A stretch of DNA of 62,910 nucleotides, counting the filler. It is 5 parts of 5 records of this genome, joined end to end, with 100 filler letters (N's around TTAATTAATTAA, not from the genome) between each part and the next. Parts side by side here need not be neighbours in the genome. Positions count along the whole stretch, not along the records: positions 32,807 to 43,686 come from DRR723986_22362; positions 43,787 to 55,662 come from DRR723986_22373; 3 more parts are not named here. One strand, 5' to 3'. The position numbers were made by a program, and so were the translations under genes. Below, piece by piece: positions 39,248 to 49,025 of the stretch; the first letter of the stretch is position 1; every line of letters begins with the position of its first letter. The notes under the pieces are model-generated. The model made no database searches, had not been told where the DNA came from, and worked only from the letters and a program-made list of their open reading frames with translations.

Positions 39248-40390
39248 ATGCGCGTGCTCAAGCAACTCATCCTCTGCATCGCGGTGCTGGCCGGAACCGG
39301 GTATCTCTGGCTGACCTATGTCCCCGGCGCGGCCGCCTTTCTGGACCGGGCGGGCATCACCGACCTTCTGGGCATTCAGGTGGCCGCCGCAGAGGCCTCG
39401 GAAAGCCGCGGCGGCTTTGGCCCGCGCGGACCGGCACAGGTGATCGTGGCCGAGGTCGCGGAGGCGGTGGCCAACGACCGTGTCGATGCCATCGGCGACC
39501 TGCGCGCCATGCGCGGCGCCGCCCTGCGCACCGAAGTCAGCGGCGAGGTGGTCGAGGTCGCGCTGGAAACCGGCGGCTTCGTCGAGGCGGGCGCGGTGAT
39601 CCTGCGGCTGGACGACGAGGCGGAGCGCATTGCGCTGGAACGCGCGCGGCTGATGCTGGAAGACGCGCAGGGCGACGTGGACCGGCTTGGCCAGTTGCAG
39701 GGCACCGGCGCGGTGACAGAGGTCCGCCTGCGCGAAGCGAAACTGGCGCTGCGCACGGCGGAACTGGCGCTGACCGAGGCGGAGTTCCGGCTGTCGCAGC
39801 GCACGGTGCGGGCGCCCTTCGCGGGCTGGCTTGGCCTGCTGGATGCCTCAGTCGGTGAAAGGCTCTCGCCCTCCGACACCATCGCCACGCTGACCGACCG
39901 CTCCGAGGTGCTGATCGACTTCCGCCTGCCCGAACGCGTTGTGCCGCTGATCGAGCCCGGCATGGTCATGGAGGCGCGCTTTCTCGGCCAGACCGCAGGC
40001 GCGCCCCTGACCGGCGAGATCCACGCCGTCGACAACGTGGTCGATGCCGACAGCCGCACCCTGCGGGTTCAGGGCAGGCTGCCCAACGCGGACGACCGGC
40101 TTCGGGCGGGCATGTCCTTCGCCGTCACCCTGCGCTTTCCCGGAGAGACGCTGGCCGCCGTGGACCCGCTGTCGGTGCAATGGGCGAGCGAGGGCTCCTT
40201 CGTCTGGGCGGTGCGCGACGGCAAGGCCGAACGCGTGGCCGTGACCATCCGGCAGCGCGACGCCGACCGGGTGCTGGTCGAGGGCGCGCTGGCGCCCGGC
40301 GATCTGGTGGTGACCGAGGGCGTGCAGTCGCTGCGCCCCGGGGCCGAGGTGGCCGTCGCGGGGCCCGCGGCCCCCGGCGCCGCGGACTGA
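39248..40390 (+). CDS. RND efflux periplasmic adaptor (MFP)
   Basis: EVSGEVV, VRAPFAG, DFRLPE, DADSRTL, LRAGM, VVTEG. Confidence 0.92.
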   Translation: MRVLKQLILCIAVLAGTGYLWLTYVPGAAAFLDRAGITDLLGIQVAAAEASESRGGFGPRGPAQVIVAEVAEAVANDRVDAIGDLRAMRGAALRTEVSGEVVEVALETGGFVEAGAVILRLDDEAERIALERARLMLEDAQGDVDRLGQLQGTGAVTEVRLREAKLALRTAELALTEAEFRLSQRTVRAPFAGWLGLLDASVGERLSPSDTIATLTDRSEVLIDFRLPERVVPLIEPGMVMEARFLGQTAGAPLTGEIHAVDNVVDADSRTLRVQGRLPNADDRLRAGMSFAVTLRFPGETLAAVDPLSVQWASEGSFVWAVRDGKAERVAVTIRQRDADRVLVEGALAPGDLVVTEGVQSLRPGAEVAVAGPAAPGAAD

Positions 40391-40400
40391 GGGGTGCCGC

Positions 40401-43400
40401 ATGTCCGACCGCTCGCAGACCGCCCTCGCCTCCGGCACCGCGCTCTTCGTGAAACGCCCGATCCTCGCCTTCGTGCTCTCGGCGCTGATCGTCCTCGCCG
40501 GGCTCGCAGGCCTTGCAGGCGTCGAGATCCGCGAATTGCCCAACGTCGACCGCCCGGTCGTGACCATCACCACGCAATACCCCGGCGCCTCGCCGGAAAG
40601 CGTCGACCAAGAGGTGACGGGCCGCATCGAAGGCGCGGCGGGACGGGTGTCCGGCGTGCGCTCCATCTCGTCCAACTCGCGCTTCGGCCGGTCCCGGGTG
40701 ACGCTGGAATTCGAGGAAAGCGTCGACCTCGACGTGGCCGCCACCGATGCCCGCGATGCCGTCGCCCGCATCGCCTCGCAACTGCCCGACGACGCCGAAC
40801 AGCCCGAGATCGTCAAGGCCGACGCCAATGCCCAGCCGGTGATCCGCGTCGCCGTGACCTCTGCCGGGCGCTCGCCGCAGGAACTGACGCAGATCGTCGA
40901 GGACCGGGTCGAGGATCGCCTGCTCTCGGTGGCCGGCGTGGCGGACCTTCAGATCTACGGCGACCGCCTGCCGATCTTCCGCATCGACATCGACCAGTCG
41001 AAACTGGCAGCGCGCGGGCTGACGCTGGCGGACATGCGCGCCGCCCTGTCGGACGTGGCCTTCGACGCGCCGGCGGGCGACCTGACCGGCAACAGCCAGA
41101 GCATCGCCGTGCGCACCACCGCCACGGTCGCCACGACGCGCGGCTTCGAAGACCTCGAAATCGCGCCGGACGTCTTCGTGCGGGATGTGGCCAGCGTGAC
41201 GCTGGGCCCCGCCCCCAACGAAACCGTGCTGCGCGCCAACGGCCAGACCGGGCTTGGCCTCGGCATCATCCGGCAGGCCACCTCGAACACGCTGGAGATT
41301 TCCGCCGCGGTGCGCGCCGTGGTCGCGGACCTAGACCGCACCCTGCCCGAGGACGTGAGCATCTTCGTGACCTCGGACGACGCCATCTTCATCCGCGGCT
41401 CCATCGAGGAGGTGCTGAAGACGCTGGCCATGGCCACCGCCATCGTGGTCGCGGTGATCTTCCTCTTCCTGCGCGACGCCCGCGCCACGCTGATCCCGGC
41501 GCTGACGCTGCCGGTGGCGCTGATCGGCACGGTGGCGGCGATCTACCTCGCGGGCTTCTCCGTCAACATCCTGACGCTGCTGGCGCTGGTGCTGGCCACC
41601 GGCATGGTGGTGGACGACGCCATCGTGGTGCTGGAGAACATCGTCCGCCGCCGGGCCGAGGGCATGGGACCGCGCGCCGCCGCCGTCCTGGGCACCCGGC
41701 AGGTCTTTTTCGCCGTGGTCACGACGACGGCCACGCTGGCCGCCGTCTTCGTTCCGCTGTCCTTCCTGCCGGGACAGGCGGGCGGCCTGTTCCGCGAGTT
41801 CGGCTTTACCCTCGCCATCGCGGTCATGCTGTCCTCGCTGGTGGCGCTGACGCTCTGCCCGGTGCTGGCCAGCCGCCTGCTGACCCGCGCGCCCGAGGCG
41901 GACCCGCGCGGCCCGCTGGTCTGGCTGGGCAACCGGCTGTTTCGGCTGTACCGCTGGACGCTGGGCCTTGCCCTGTCCGTACCCTTCGTCGTGCTGCTGG
42001 TGGCGGTGCTCTTTTCCGCCACGGCGGTCTTCGTCGGCGGCGGCATCCGGCAGGAACTCACCCCGCGCGAGGACCGCGCCGTGGCGCTGCTGTCCGTCAC
42101 CGCGCCGCAGGGCGTATCGCTGCAATACACCACCGCCAAGATGAACGAGATCGAAGCCCTCATCGAGCCCCTGCGCGCGGCCGGAGAGGTCACGAACGTC
42201 TTCTCGATCACCGGCTTCGGGGCGGACAACCGGGGCTTCATGGTCTTCTCGCTCGCCCCTTGGGAAGACCGTGCCCGCAGTCAGGACGCCATCGTCGGCG
42301 AGATCAACGGCAAGCTGCGCAGCGTCATCGGCGTGCGCGCCTTTGCGATCCAGCCGAACTCTCTGGGCATCCGGGGCGCCGGACGCGGCCTGTCCTTCGC
42401 GATCACCGGCGACAATTACGCGCAGCTTGCCGAGGTCTCCGAGGCGCTGGTCGCGCGGATGCAGGAAAACCCCGCCATGGGCTCCGTGCAGCTGGAATAC
42501 GAGACCACGCAACCGCAGCTCTTCATAGAGATCGACAGAGAGCGCGCCTCGGACCTCGGCATCGACATCTCGGGTCTGGGCGAGGCGCTGCGCGCGGTGC
42601 TGGACGGGCGCACCGTGGGCTCTGTCTTCATCGACGACCGCAGCTTCGACATCCAGATGCTGTCGACCGCGAACCCGGTGAACGACCCCGGAGACCTTGC
42701 CAACATCTTCGTGCAGACCTCGGAGGGGCAGACGGTGCCCATGTCGACCTTCGTGACGCTGGAGGAACGGGCCATCGCGCCGGAACTGGACCGCGAGGGG
42801 CAGAACCGCTCTGTCGAGATCTCGGCCGGGCTGACGCCCGAGCTGGCGCTGGGGGATGCCATGGCCGAGGTCGAGCGGCTGGCGCAAGAGGTTCTGGCCG
42901 AGGAAAACCGCATCGTGCCGCTGGCCGAGGCGGCGACGCTGGACCAGACCTCTGCCGGGCTGGTGCTGGTCTTCGGCTTCGCCATCGCGGTGGTCTTCCT
43001 TGTGCTGTCGGCGCAATTCGAAAGCTTCATCTCGGCGATCGTGGTCATGGCCACGGTGCCCATCGGGCTGGCCTGCGCCGCCTTCGCCATGGTCTTCACC
43101 GGGCTGTCGCTGAACGTCTACAGCCAGATTGGGCTGGTCATGCTGATCGGAATCATGGCCAAGAACGGCATCCTGATCGTCGAATTCGCGGACCAGCTTC
43201 GGGACGAGGGCGCGACGGTGCGCGACGCGATTCTCGACGCCTCGACCATCCGCCTGCGGCCGGTGATGATGACCATGACCTCGACGGTGCTGGGAGGCGT
43301 GCCGCTGATCCTCTCCGCCGGCGCCGGTGCGGAAGCGCGCGAGGCCCTGGGCTGGATCATCGTCGGCGGGCTCGGCCTCGCCACCCTCTCGACGCTTTAC

Positions 43401-43499
43401 TTGACGCCGGTCGCCTACCTGCTGCTGGCGGGCTTCTCCAAGCCGCGCGTGCAGGCGATGCAGAGACTGGAAACGGAACTGGATCAGGCGCTTGCCTGA
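40401..43499 (+). CDS. RND efflux permease, AcrB/AcrD/AcrF family
   Basis: 1032 aa; YPGASPE, GMVVDDAIVVLEN, GIMAKNGILIVEFA, RLRPVMMT; no TolC-type gene in the contig. Confidence 0.95.
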   Translation: MSDRSQTALASGTALFVKRPILAFVLSALIVLAGLAGLAGVEIRELPNVDRPVVTITTQYPGASPESVDQEVTGRIEGAAGRVSGVRSISSNSRFGRSRVTLEFEESVDLDVAATDARDAVARIASQLPDDAEQPEIVKADANAQPVIRVAVTSAGRSPQELTQIVEDRVEDRLLSVAGVADLQIYGDRLPIFRIDIDQSKLAARGLTLADMRAALSDVAFDAPAGDLTGNSQSIAVRTTATVATTRGFEDLEIAPDVFVRDVASVTLGPAPNETVLRANGQTGLGLGIIRQATSNTLEISAAVRAVVADLDRTLPEDVSIFVTSDDAIFIRGSIEEVLKTLAMATAIVVAVIFLFLRDARATLIPALTLPVALIGTVAAIYLAGFSVNILTLLALVLATGMVVDDAIVVLENIVRRRAEGMGPRAAAVLGTRQVFFAVVTTTATLAAVFVPLSFLPGQAGGLFREFGFTLAIAVMLSSLVALTLCPVLASRLLTRAPEADPRGPLVWLGNRLFRLYRWTLGLALSVPFVVLLVAVLFSATAVFVGGGIRQELTPREDRAVALLSVTAPQGVSLQYTTAKMNEIEALIEPLRAAGEVTNVFSITGFGADNRGFMVFSLAPWEDRARSQDAIVGEINGKLRSVIGVRAFAIQPNSLGIRGAGRGLSFAITGDNYAQLAEVSEALVARMQENPAMGSVQLEYETTQPQLFIEIDRERASDLGIDISGLGEALRAVLDGRTVGSVFIDDRSFDIQMLSTANPVNDPGDLANIFVQTSEGQTVPMSTFVTLEERAIAPELDREGQNRSVEISAGLTPELALGDAMAEVERLAQEVLAEENRIVPLAEAATLDQTSAGLVLVFGFAIAVVFLVLSAQFESFISAIVVMATVPIGLACAAFAMVFTGLSLNVYSQIGLVMLIGIMAKNGILIVEFADQLRDEGATVRDAILDASTIRLRPVMMTMTSTVLGGVPLILSAGAGAEAREALGWIIVGGLGLATLSTLYLTPVAYLLLAGFSKPRVQAMQRLETELDQALA

Positions 43500-43657
43500 C
43501 ACCCGGTGACCCGGTCCGCATCGGTGTCGGGGCTTCGTGTCCCTCTGCGCCGGCGGACCGCCGGACTGGATCCCGCGCGACGGGGTGCTGCGGCCCTGCC
43601 CGCCCCGACGCAAACCGAGGGCCGTCGAACGGCGGTCACGGATGCCGAGGAAGGGGA

Positions 43658-43686
43658 TGGTGGGTGATGAGAGACTCGAACTCCCG
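43658..43686 (-). tRNA. 3' 29 nt of a tRNA, most like alphaproteobacterial tRNA-Val(TAC); cut by contig end
   Basis: Minus strand cgggaGTTCGAGTctctcatcacccACCA: T-arm, acceptor strand and CCA; anticodon not visible. Confidence 0.75.
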
Positions 43687-43786
43687 NNNNNNNNNNNNNN
43701 NNNNNNNNNNNNNNNNNNNNNNNNNNNNNNTTAATTAATTAANNNNNNNNNNNNNNNNNNNNNNNNNNNNNNNNNNNNNNNNNNNN
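43687..43786. other. Artificial contig linker
   Basis: N44-ttaattaattaa-N44. Confidence 0.98.
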
Positions 43787-43836
43787 CTAACAAGAAGCTC
43801 AAAAAGCAAGCCGGAATGCCAAAGACGGCGCTGCAA
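43787..43836. repeat. Dispersed intergenic repeat, copy 1
   Basis: tcaaaaagcaagccggaatg-N5-gacggcgctgcaa (43799-43836); 35/38 identical to 48852-48889. Confidence 0.85.
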
Positions 43837-43965
43837 CCTGCATTCACTGAACCGCAGACCATGACACTAAAGACAATAAACCACAACGGCACTGAATTAA
43901 CATTCAAATGTCAAATCAGCGCCGTTAATGTGGCTCTAATAGTACAGCATCTACACTCGCAAGTT

Positions 43966-44994
43966 TTAGCGGGCGACGACAATCGAACCAGTCACTACTT
44001 CACCATTCACACGAATGTGGAATGAGTACATTCCGTTTATCAGGCTGACAGCAGGAATATTAACAGTCTGCCCGCCTTTCGGCTGGGGCCCATTAAACAA
44101 AGTCGCAACCTGACGGCCCAAAGCGTCAAACAGGACAACTTCAACCTGCGCAGCAACCCCCAAGCTATATCGAATAGCAGACTCACTCACCAGTGGATTG
44201 GGAACAACACGGAGGTTTTGCAGGATGCCAAATTGCGCATCCAGCGGAGTTAACACTTCAGAAGAGCCTTTGCTGACCACGCCTTCACAGAAGGGAATAC
44301 AACCATATGTTAAACAAGGCCAGCCGCCTGAAAGCAAGGGCGTTCCACAGTCATCCGGTGCCGGAAAAAAGGTTTCTGTCGATACCGTTTCACCCGTAAC
44401 TGGATCCATACAGATAGTTATTTCTTGCAGACAGCACAAGCCGTCAGAACACTTGGACATTTCAACTGTCCAGGGGCCACCAACGTCAAAACATACTTCA
44501 AACTCTGCACAGGAACTCCAAACGCCACTGTACTGCCTCTGACCGTTGGGACATTCAAAGCGCGGTTTTACTTCATCCAGCAAATCGTTATAGAAATCAA
44601 CAAATTCATCCTTAACCAGCTGACTTAACAAGTCACGGTAGGCCTGTTTAATTCCGTCTTCATTAATCTGACCTTCGATAGTGCCAAATAGATCGTCTTC
44701 CATCGCCTGGCAGTCGGGATGGCTACTTGATATTGCGCCAAAACCGGTGACTCTGATTTCTGAAACTCCACCGTTGCAGGCGCGCACCTGATAACTGACA
44801 GTTAATGGGCAGTCGGGGTAATCCGGCAAAACCAGCGTTGCCGTTTTATACGTCCAGGCCTCGGGATTACAGTTTAAGGGGTCACAGGCAGAAGCGGGCA
44901 CAGTACCAAGCACAAGGGTTAGAACAAGGGTTAGAACAAGCGCAAAGCTACACACCAGGCCTATTGCCCGGTTTGAGATAGTTTTGTAATTCAT
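43966..44994 (-). CDS. Secreted 16-Cys domain protein with T9SS type A sorting domain (paralog A)
   Basis: Signal peptide; CDPLNCNPEAW; C-terminal VVPNP...LFDALGRQV...GMYSFHI. Confidence 0.85.
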   Translation of the reverse strand: MNYKTISNRAIGLVCSFALVLTLVLTLVLGTVPASACDPLNCNPEAWTYKTATLVLPDYPDCPLTVSYQVRACNGGVSEIRVTGFGAISSSHPDCQAMEDDLFGTIEGQINEDGIKQAYRDLLSQLVKDEFVDFYNDLLDEVKPRFECPNGQRQYSGVWSSCAEFEVCFDVGGPWTVEMSKCSDGLCCLQEITICMDPVTGETVSTETFFPAPDDCGTPLLSGGWPCLTYGCIPFCEGVVSKGSSEVLTPLDAQFGILQNLRVVPNPLVSESAIRYSLGVAAQVEVVLFDALGRQVATLFNGPQPKGGQTVNIPAVSLINGMYSFHIRVNGEVVTGSIVVAR

Positions 44995-45349
44995 GCGATA
45001 ATTTCCTGATCAATACGTTTTTTTTGGACACAAAAGTGCCGCCTGCGTACTTATGGGCAGCAGCAGAATAGTTTATTTACAGCACTTCTTTTATTTAACT
45101 ATACATTGGGGATGTGCAAGTGTTAAACCTCAATAAGAAGAACATCCCGCGGTGGCAGATTTGTTAATTATGTAAATCCTTTTTTTATAGATAAGGCATG
45201 CATCAGTTTGGTTGACCAACGCAAAGTTGAGAATAGGTTTATTTGCCAGGTGATCGGACAGAATGGCCTGATCACCTGGAATTTCAGCGGGCTGCGTGTG
45301 TTAAATGCAAAAACAATAACGACGATTTCAGCTTAAACAATTATCATTA

Positions 45350-46885
45350 TTAGTCGGCAGTTCGAATAAACTTACCTTGAATATTGTGCGATCCGGCTTT
45401 TAGCAGATATTGATACACGCCGGCGGCAAGCCGCATAGTTGGTAGTTCAACAGTCTGCACACCTTCGGCGAGTATTCCGAGGTTCGAGACAGACACTTTT
45501 TTGCCGTTCAGATCGAGGATTTCCAGAATTGTTTTGGCATGTTTTTTGAGCTTAAACATTAATTGTGCGTTTTGATTGCCAACCGGATGCGGCACAACAT
45601 TGCTTGACTCAGACGCAAAAACATCGTCAATAACAGAAGTGGTGCGGTATATGTCGGCTTCACTCAATAACATTTCATCATTGTTTGTTAAACCGCCCAG
45701 TGCAAACGTTCCATTGGGAAGTTCGAGAACTGCCAGGAGTACATCACCTGCGCCAGGGCTTCCAAAGGTGTCCTGCCACAGCAAGCGGCCATCGCTGCCG
45801 ATATGAATAATAAGTGCCTGTGTGCTGGTTTCTTCTAAAACGCGACCAGAGCTTCCATAAAATCCAGCTGATCCAACCAAAACAATTGTTGATTTGCTGG
45901 TTTCAATTATGGAGTGAATATTTTGAAGTTCATCTACAGCGAAGTAACGTTCCCAAAGAATGTCACCATCGGCACTGAGGCGCAACAGCGCGGCGTAGAG
46001 CGTATCCTTATTTTCACGATACACGTTGGCGGCTAATAAAAGGTCGCCGTTTTTGGCTTGGAATAGCGCGCGCGTCCAGCAGTCTATCCCTAGCTCAAAC
46101 CTTCGATCCCAGACCATATTGCCGGCTAGATCAATTTTTGTTAGTGTTACCGAATTGCGCTGACCAGTTTTGTTAATTTGCCCGGCAACCACGATGGCAT
46201 CATCTTTTTGTATTTCGGAATACAAGAGCAGTAGACTGGAATCAGCGGCCATTGTACCAACTTCCGAATTTTGCAGGAAGTTTGCGGTTTCGTCGAGTGT
46301 GCGCACACCAATATTGGCGGGGCGGGAGTTGATTTCGGGGCTGACAACCCGATAGCCGCGGCCCTCTTCATACTGCATTATATTGGAGCGTTCCATCCAG
46401 TTGCCAAACTGCGTGTCAAAGTTGCTACTGATGATGTCGCCCTCAGCATTGATGTCAACGATGAAGGGCGCATATGGTGAGAAGAGGTTGTCAATGACGC
46501 GGCGCTGAGCATCTACTCGATAGACTCCGGGCGCGTGCTCGCGCATCACGCCATGCAGGATCTGCATTTCTTCGCCGCCCAATTCAATCTGCCAGCGAAT
46601 TTCACCCGTGACAGCTGAAATTTTAGATAGGTATATTTTTGAGTTTTCGCTGTTGCTCGAACTGCTAACCAGCAGGTCACCATCGCTGGCAATCTCTAAG
46701 TGGCGAGCGGCTCTGACATCTTCCTCAGTGTCGTAACTCTTTTTCCAGATTATATCAATGTCTTGGGCATTGAGATTCGGCAAACAAGAAAACATTAAAA
46801 ATACGGTGATCCAAGCAGTACAAAACTTAGACATTCCTGCCGATCCTCTCCGGGTGGCAGTGGAAAGTGCGCGGCTTGAGAACAT
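45350..46885 (-). CDS. Secreted beta-propeller-like repeat protein with T9SS sorting domain (start re-called at 46885)
   Basis: GGAG SD before ATG 46885; signal ending NLNAQ; repeats GEIRWQ/GNMVWD/GDILWE/GRLLWQ; VVPHP...LDLNGK...GVYQY...KF. Confidence 0.8.
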   Translation of the reverse strand: MFSSRALSTATRRGSAGMSKFCTAWITVFLMFSCLPNLNAQDIDIIWKKSYDTEEDVRAARHLEIASDGDLLVSSSSNSENSKIYLSKISAVTGEIRWQIELGGEEMQILHGVMREHAPGVYRVDAQRRVIDNLFSPYAPFIVDINAEGDIISSNFDTQFGNWMERSNIMQYEEGRGYRVVSPEINSRPANIGVRTLDETANFLQNSEVGTMAADSSLLLLYSEIQKDDAIVVAGQINKTGQRNSVTLTKIDLAGNMVWDRRFELGIDCWTRALFQAKNGDLLLAANVYRENKDTLYAALLRLSADGDILWERYFAVDELQNIHSIIETSKSTIVLVGSAGFYGSSGRVLEETSTQALIIHIGSDGRLLWQDTFGSPGAGDVLLAVLELPNGTFALGGLTNNDEMLLSEADIYRTTSVIDDVFASESSNVVPHPVGNQNAQLMFKLKKHAKTILEILDLNGKKVSVSNLGILAEGVQTVELPTMRLAAGVYQYLLKAGSHNIQGKFIRTAD

Positions 46886-47139
46886 GTCCCCACTCCATTT
46901 TTTGGTGATACTTAAGGCTATGTTACTCGCTGGGCCGACCAATAAATCAGTATGCATATGGCTTTTGCACTGACAGGTTTCAATCTTTAATTGAAACAAC
47001 TTATGAAATTGGGGCAGCTTAGCAAAGGCAATTTGCGGGGCCTTAAAAAAGGATTCAGGTGTGTTTCGGAATATTCGAGAACTTATCGAGCGCATATAAG
47101 ACCGAGAAACGGCACTAATTGAGAGTTTATGATTCGTCA

Positions 47140-48177
47140 TCATTTTACCACCCTCATGTTTGTTGTGAGCACGTTTGATTCAGTTTCAAGCTGCAGAAGG
47201 TAAACTCCCGTGGCAAATAGACTGGAGTTGGGTACCGTTATCTCGTGATTTCCAACATTATTTGGCAGATGGAATTGGACAAACAATTCGCGTCCGAAGA
47301 CATCAAATATTCGAAATGTGACGGGTAATGTGATATCTCTAACAATACTGTATTGAACTCGAATCTCGTCAAACTTTGCCACTGGGTTGGGTGAAACGGA
47401 TTGGATGACGAGTGCATCACTTTGCGGGGTACTATTCATTAATGGCGCACTACTGCGCTGAACTTCGATATCAGTTCCTGCGCAGAATGGCAGGCATCCG
47501 AACTGCATACAGCCGTTGACGAAAGTTAGCGCTGGGCTACCACATGATGGCTCTGTAGAATAGTATGTGGTTGACTGGCGTGGTGCGCCGATATTTGAGT
47601 CCCAACAGAATTGCATTGCCATTTGACAGCAGAAAAGGTTGCCGCAGTCTACAACTTCCAGCGACCATGGGCCTTCACCACTCCAACAGACTGAATAGGC
47701 GACACACTCTGTGAAGTAAGCATTATACTGTCGCAAACCTGATCCAGTGGCACAGTCGAAGATCGTTTTCTCATGTGTTTCTAAATCGTCATAAAACTCT
47801 GTAAAGAGGTCCGAAGCCAATTCTCTGGTCATGCTGCGTAGCACAGCATCCATCGATTCAAATTCCGGAGAGCCATTCGCGGCGATAATGAAATTGAAGA
47901 AGTCCAGGCAATTGCTGCCGGAGTTCGGTAGAAAACTGAATCCGGTTACTTTGAGTTCTGTTGCAGAAGCATTGTCGCATTTGCGTTCATCATAATGCAT
48001 AGTGATGGGGCATGTCGGAAAGGCCAAAAGCGTAATTTGTCGGTCTCTTGAAGTCCATGGCTCCGGATTGCAATTCAGTGGATCGCAGTTAGCATGGGCG
48101 GCGAGAGGGCTCAGTAGCAGTAGCATACCTAGAGAGCAGATTAGCCTACTCCGTCCGTTTTCAATAATGGTATTCAA
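47140..48177 (-). CDS. Secreted 16-Cys domain protein with T9SS type A sorting domain (paralog B; TTG start)
   Basis: GGAG SD; signal ending AHA; CDPLNCNPEPW; C-terminal VSPNP...IFDVFGRE...GVYLLQL. Confidence 0.85.
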   Translation of the reverse strand: MNTIIENGRSRLICSLGMLLLLSPLAAHANCDPLNCNPEPWTSRDRQITLLAFPTCPITMHYDERKCDNASATELKVTGFSFLPNSGSNCLDFFNFIIAANGSPEFESMDAVLRSMTRELASDLFTEFYDDLETHEKTIFDCATGSGLRQYNAYFTECVAYSVCWSGEGPWSLEVVDCGNLFCCQMAMQFCWDSNIGAPRQSTTYYSTEPSCGSPALTFVNGCMQFGCLPFCAGTDIEVQRSSAPLMNSTPQSDALVIQSVSPNPVAKFDEIRVQYSIVRDITLPVTFRIFDVFGRELFVQFHLPNNVGNHEITVPNSSLFATGVYLLQLETESNVLTTNMRVVK

Positions 48178-48833
48178 TTTTTATACTCCGGTAGTCTTCT
48201 GGTAAGTCGCTAGTCCAGTTTGTTATGGGTTTGTGTCTATTTTGTAGTTTTTTTTGTTAAGTGTTAACTATTTAAGTTGTTAATCTATTGTAATTGCGAC
48301 TTATTAATTGACGGGAATAAGAAGTGCCAGGGCAGGCGCATCTACAGGCAACTAATTGGAGCCTGATTCCACTTTTGACGCATCAACTTTTTATCGCAGC
48401 AGTGATTTTTGCCAGCCCGGTTCTACCAGTTAACTATAATTATTACTGGTACCCACCGGCCTCCGATTGGTGTTTTGATCCTGCTGTTTCAGGCAGTGCC
48501 GCTTCTTTGCAAGTTGGCTGTTCCTGGCTTAGGGCGCGGGCATTTCTGCCATACTTTGGGTGTAAATTAATGCTTTGATAATAAAGTGCAAATAAAAAAC
48601 GCCTGATAAATTACATGGTCACCCTCCCCTTGGCTTGGCACGGCAGGCTGACGGCCTCCTCCTGAACGCAGTTGGCATCTGAGGCTTGGTGCAAAACCGG
48701 CACCTGAAATACTGTAGCAAAAGTGACATGGCTACTAGTCTTTGCTCTGATTGTGGCTATATTCACACTGAGATACTGTTTTGCTAGTGGCTTTGGACTC
48801 AGAGACTGACTATACTGCTTCCGGCTTGTGTCT

Positions 48834-48896
48834 CAACAACAAACAAAACCTTCAAAAAGCAAGCCGGAATGATAATGACGGCGCTGCAATTCCGGC
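48834..48896. repeat. Dispersed intergenic repeat, copy 2; terminator-like on the minus strand
   Basis: caacaacaaacaaaaccttcaaaaagcaagccggaatgataatgacggcgctgcaattccggc; stem gccggaat/attccggc. Confidence 0.85.
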
Positions 48897-48958
48897 AAGA
48901 ACACAAACGGCCAGGAGCACAAAAGCACTCCCGGCCGCATAATCGGACAGCAAAATAC

Positions 48959-48997
48959 GTCTGCGTGTTAAGTCTGCGTGTTAAGTCTGCGTGTTAA
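48959..48997. repeat. Perfect 13-bp tandem repeat x3
   Basis: (gtctgcgtgttaa)3. Confidence 0.95.
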
Positions 48998-49025
48998 ACT
49001 AACGGCACACTTAACGCACAAAGCT

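Noticed and set aside
35204-43738. Very long alternative ORFs (947 aa 36254-39097, 1114 aa 40394-43738, 760 aa 41331-43613, 466 aa, 447 aa, 369 aa)
   Set aside because: Arg/Gly/Pro/Ala-rich shadow frames overlapping well-supported genes in very GC-rich DNA where stops are rare
43787-43965. CTAAC-starting repeat as an integron attC site
   Set aside because: No convincing complementary L'/R' boxes; the CTAAC is not conserved in copies 2 and 3; genes have long spacers; no intI
44912-44940. 12-bp tandem duplication (acaagggttaga) in the signal peptide of Cys-rich paralog A
   Set aside because: In-frame, only lengthens the hydrophobic stretch (LVLT repeat); cannot cause phase variation
46886-47143. 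86-aa N-terminal extension of the 597-aa ORF (similarly the extensions on pheT, rhlE, TonB receptor, PepSY and AEC ORFs)
   Set aside because: Downstream starts fit the SD/signal peptide/family N-terminus better; the extensions look like translated intergenic DNA
48959-48997. 13-bp x3 repeat as CRISPR or iterons
   Set aside because: No spacers, too short, no rep or cas gene; kept only as a tandem repeat
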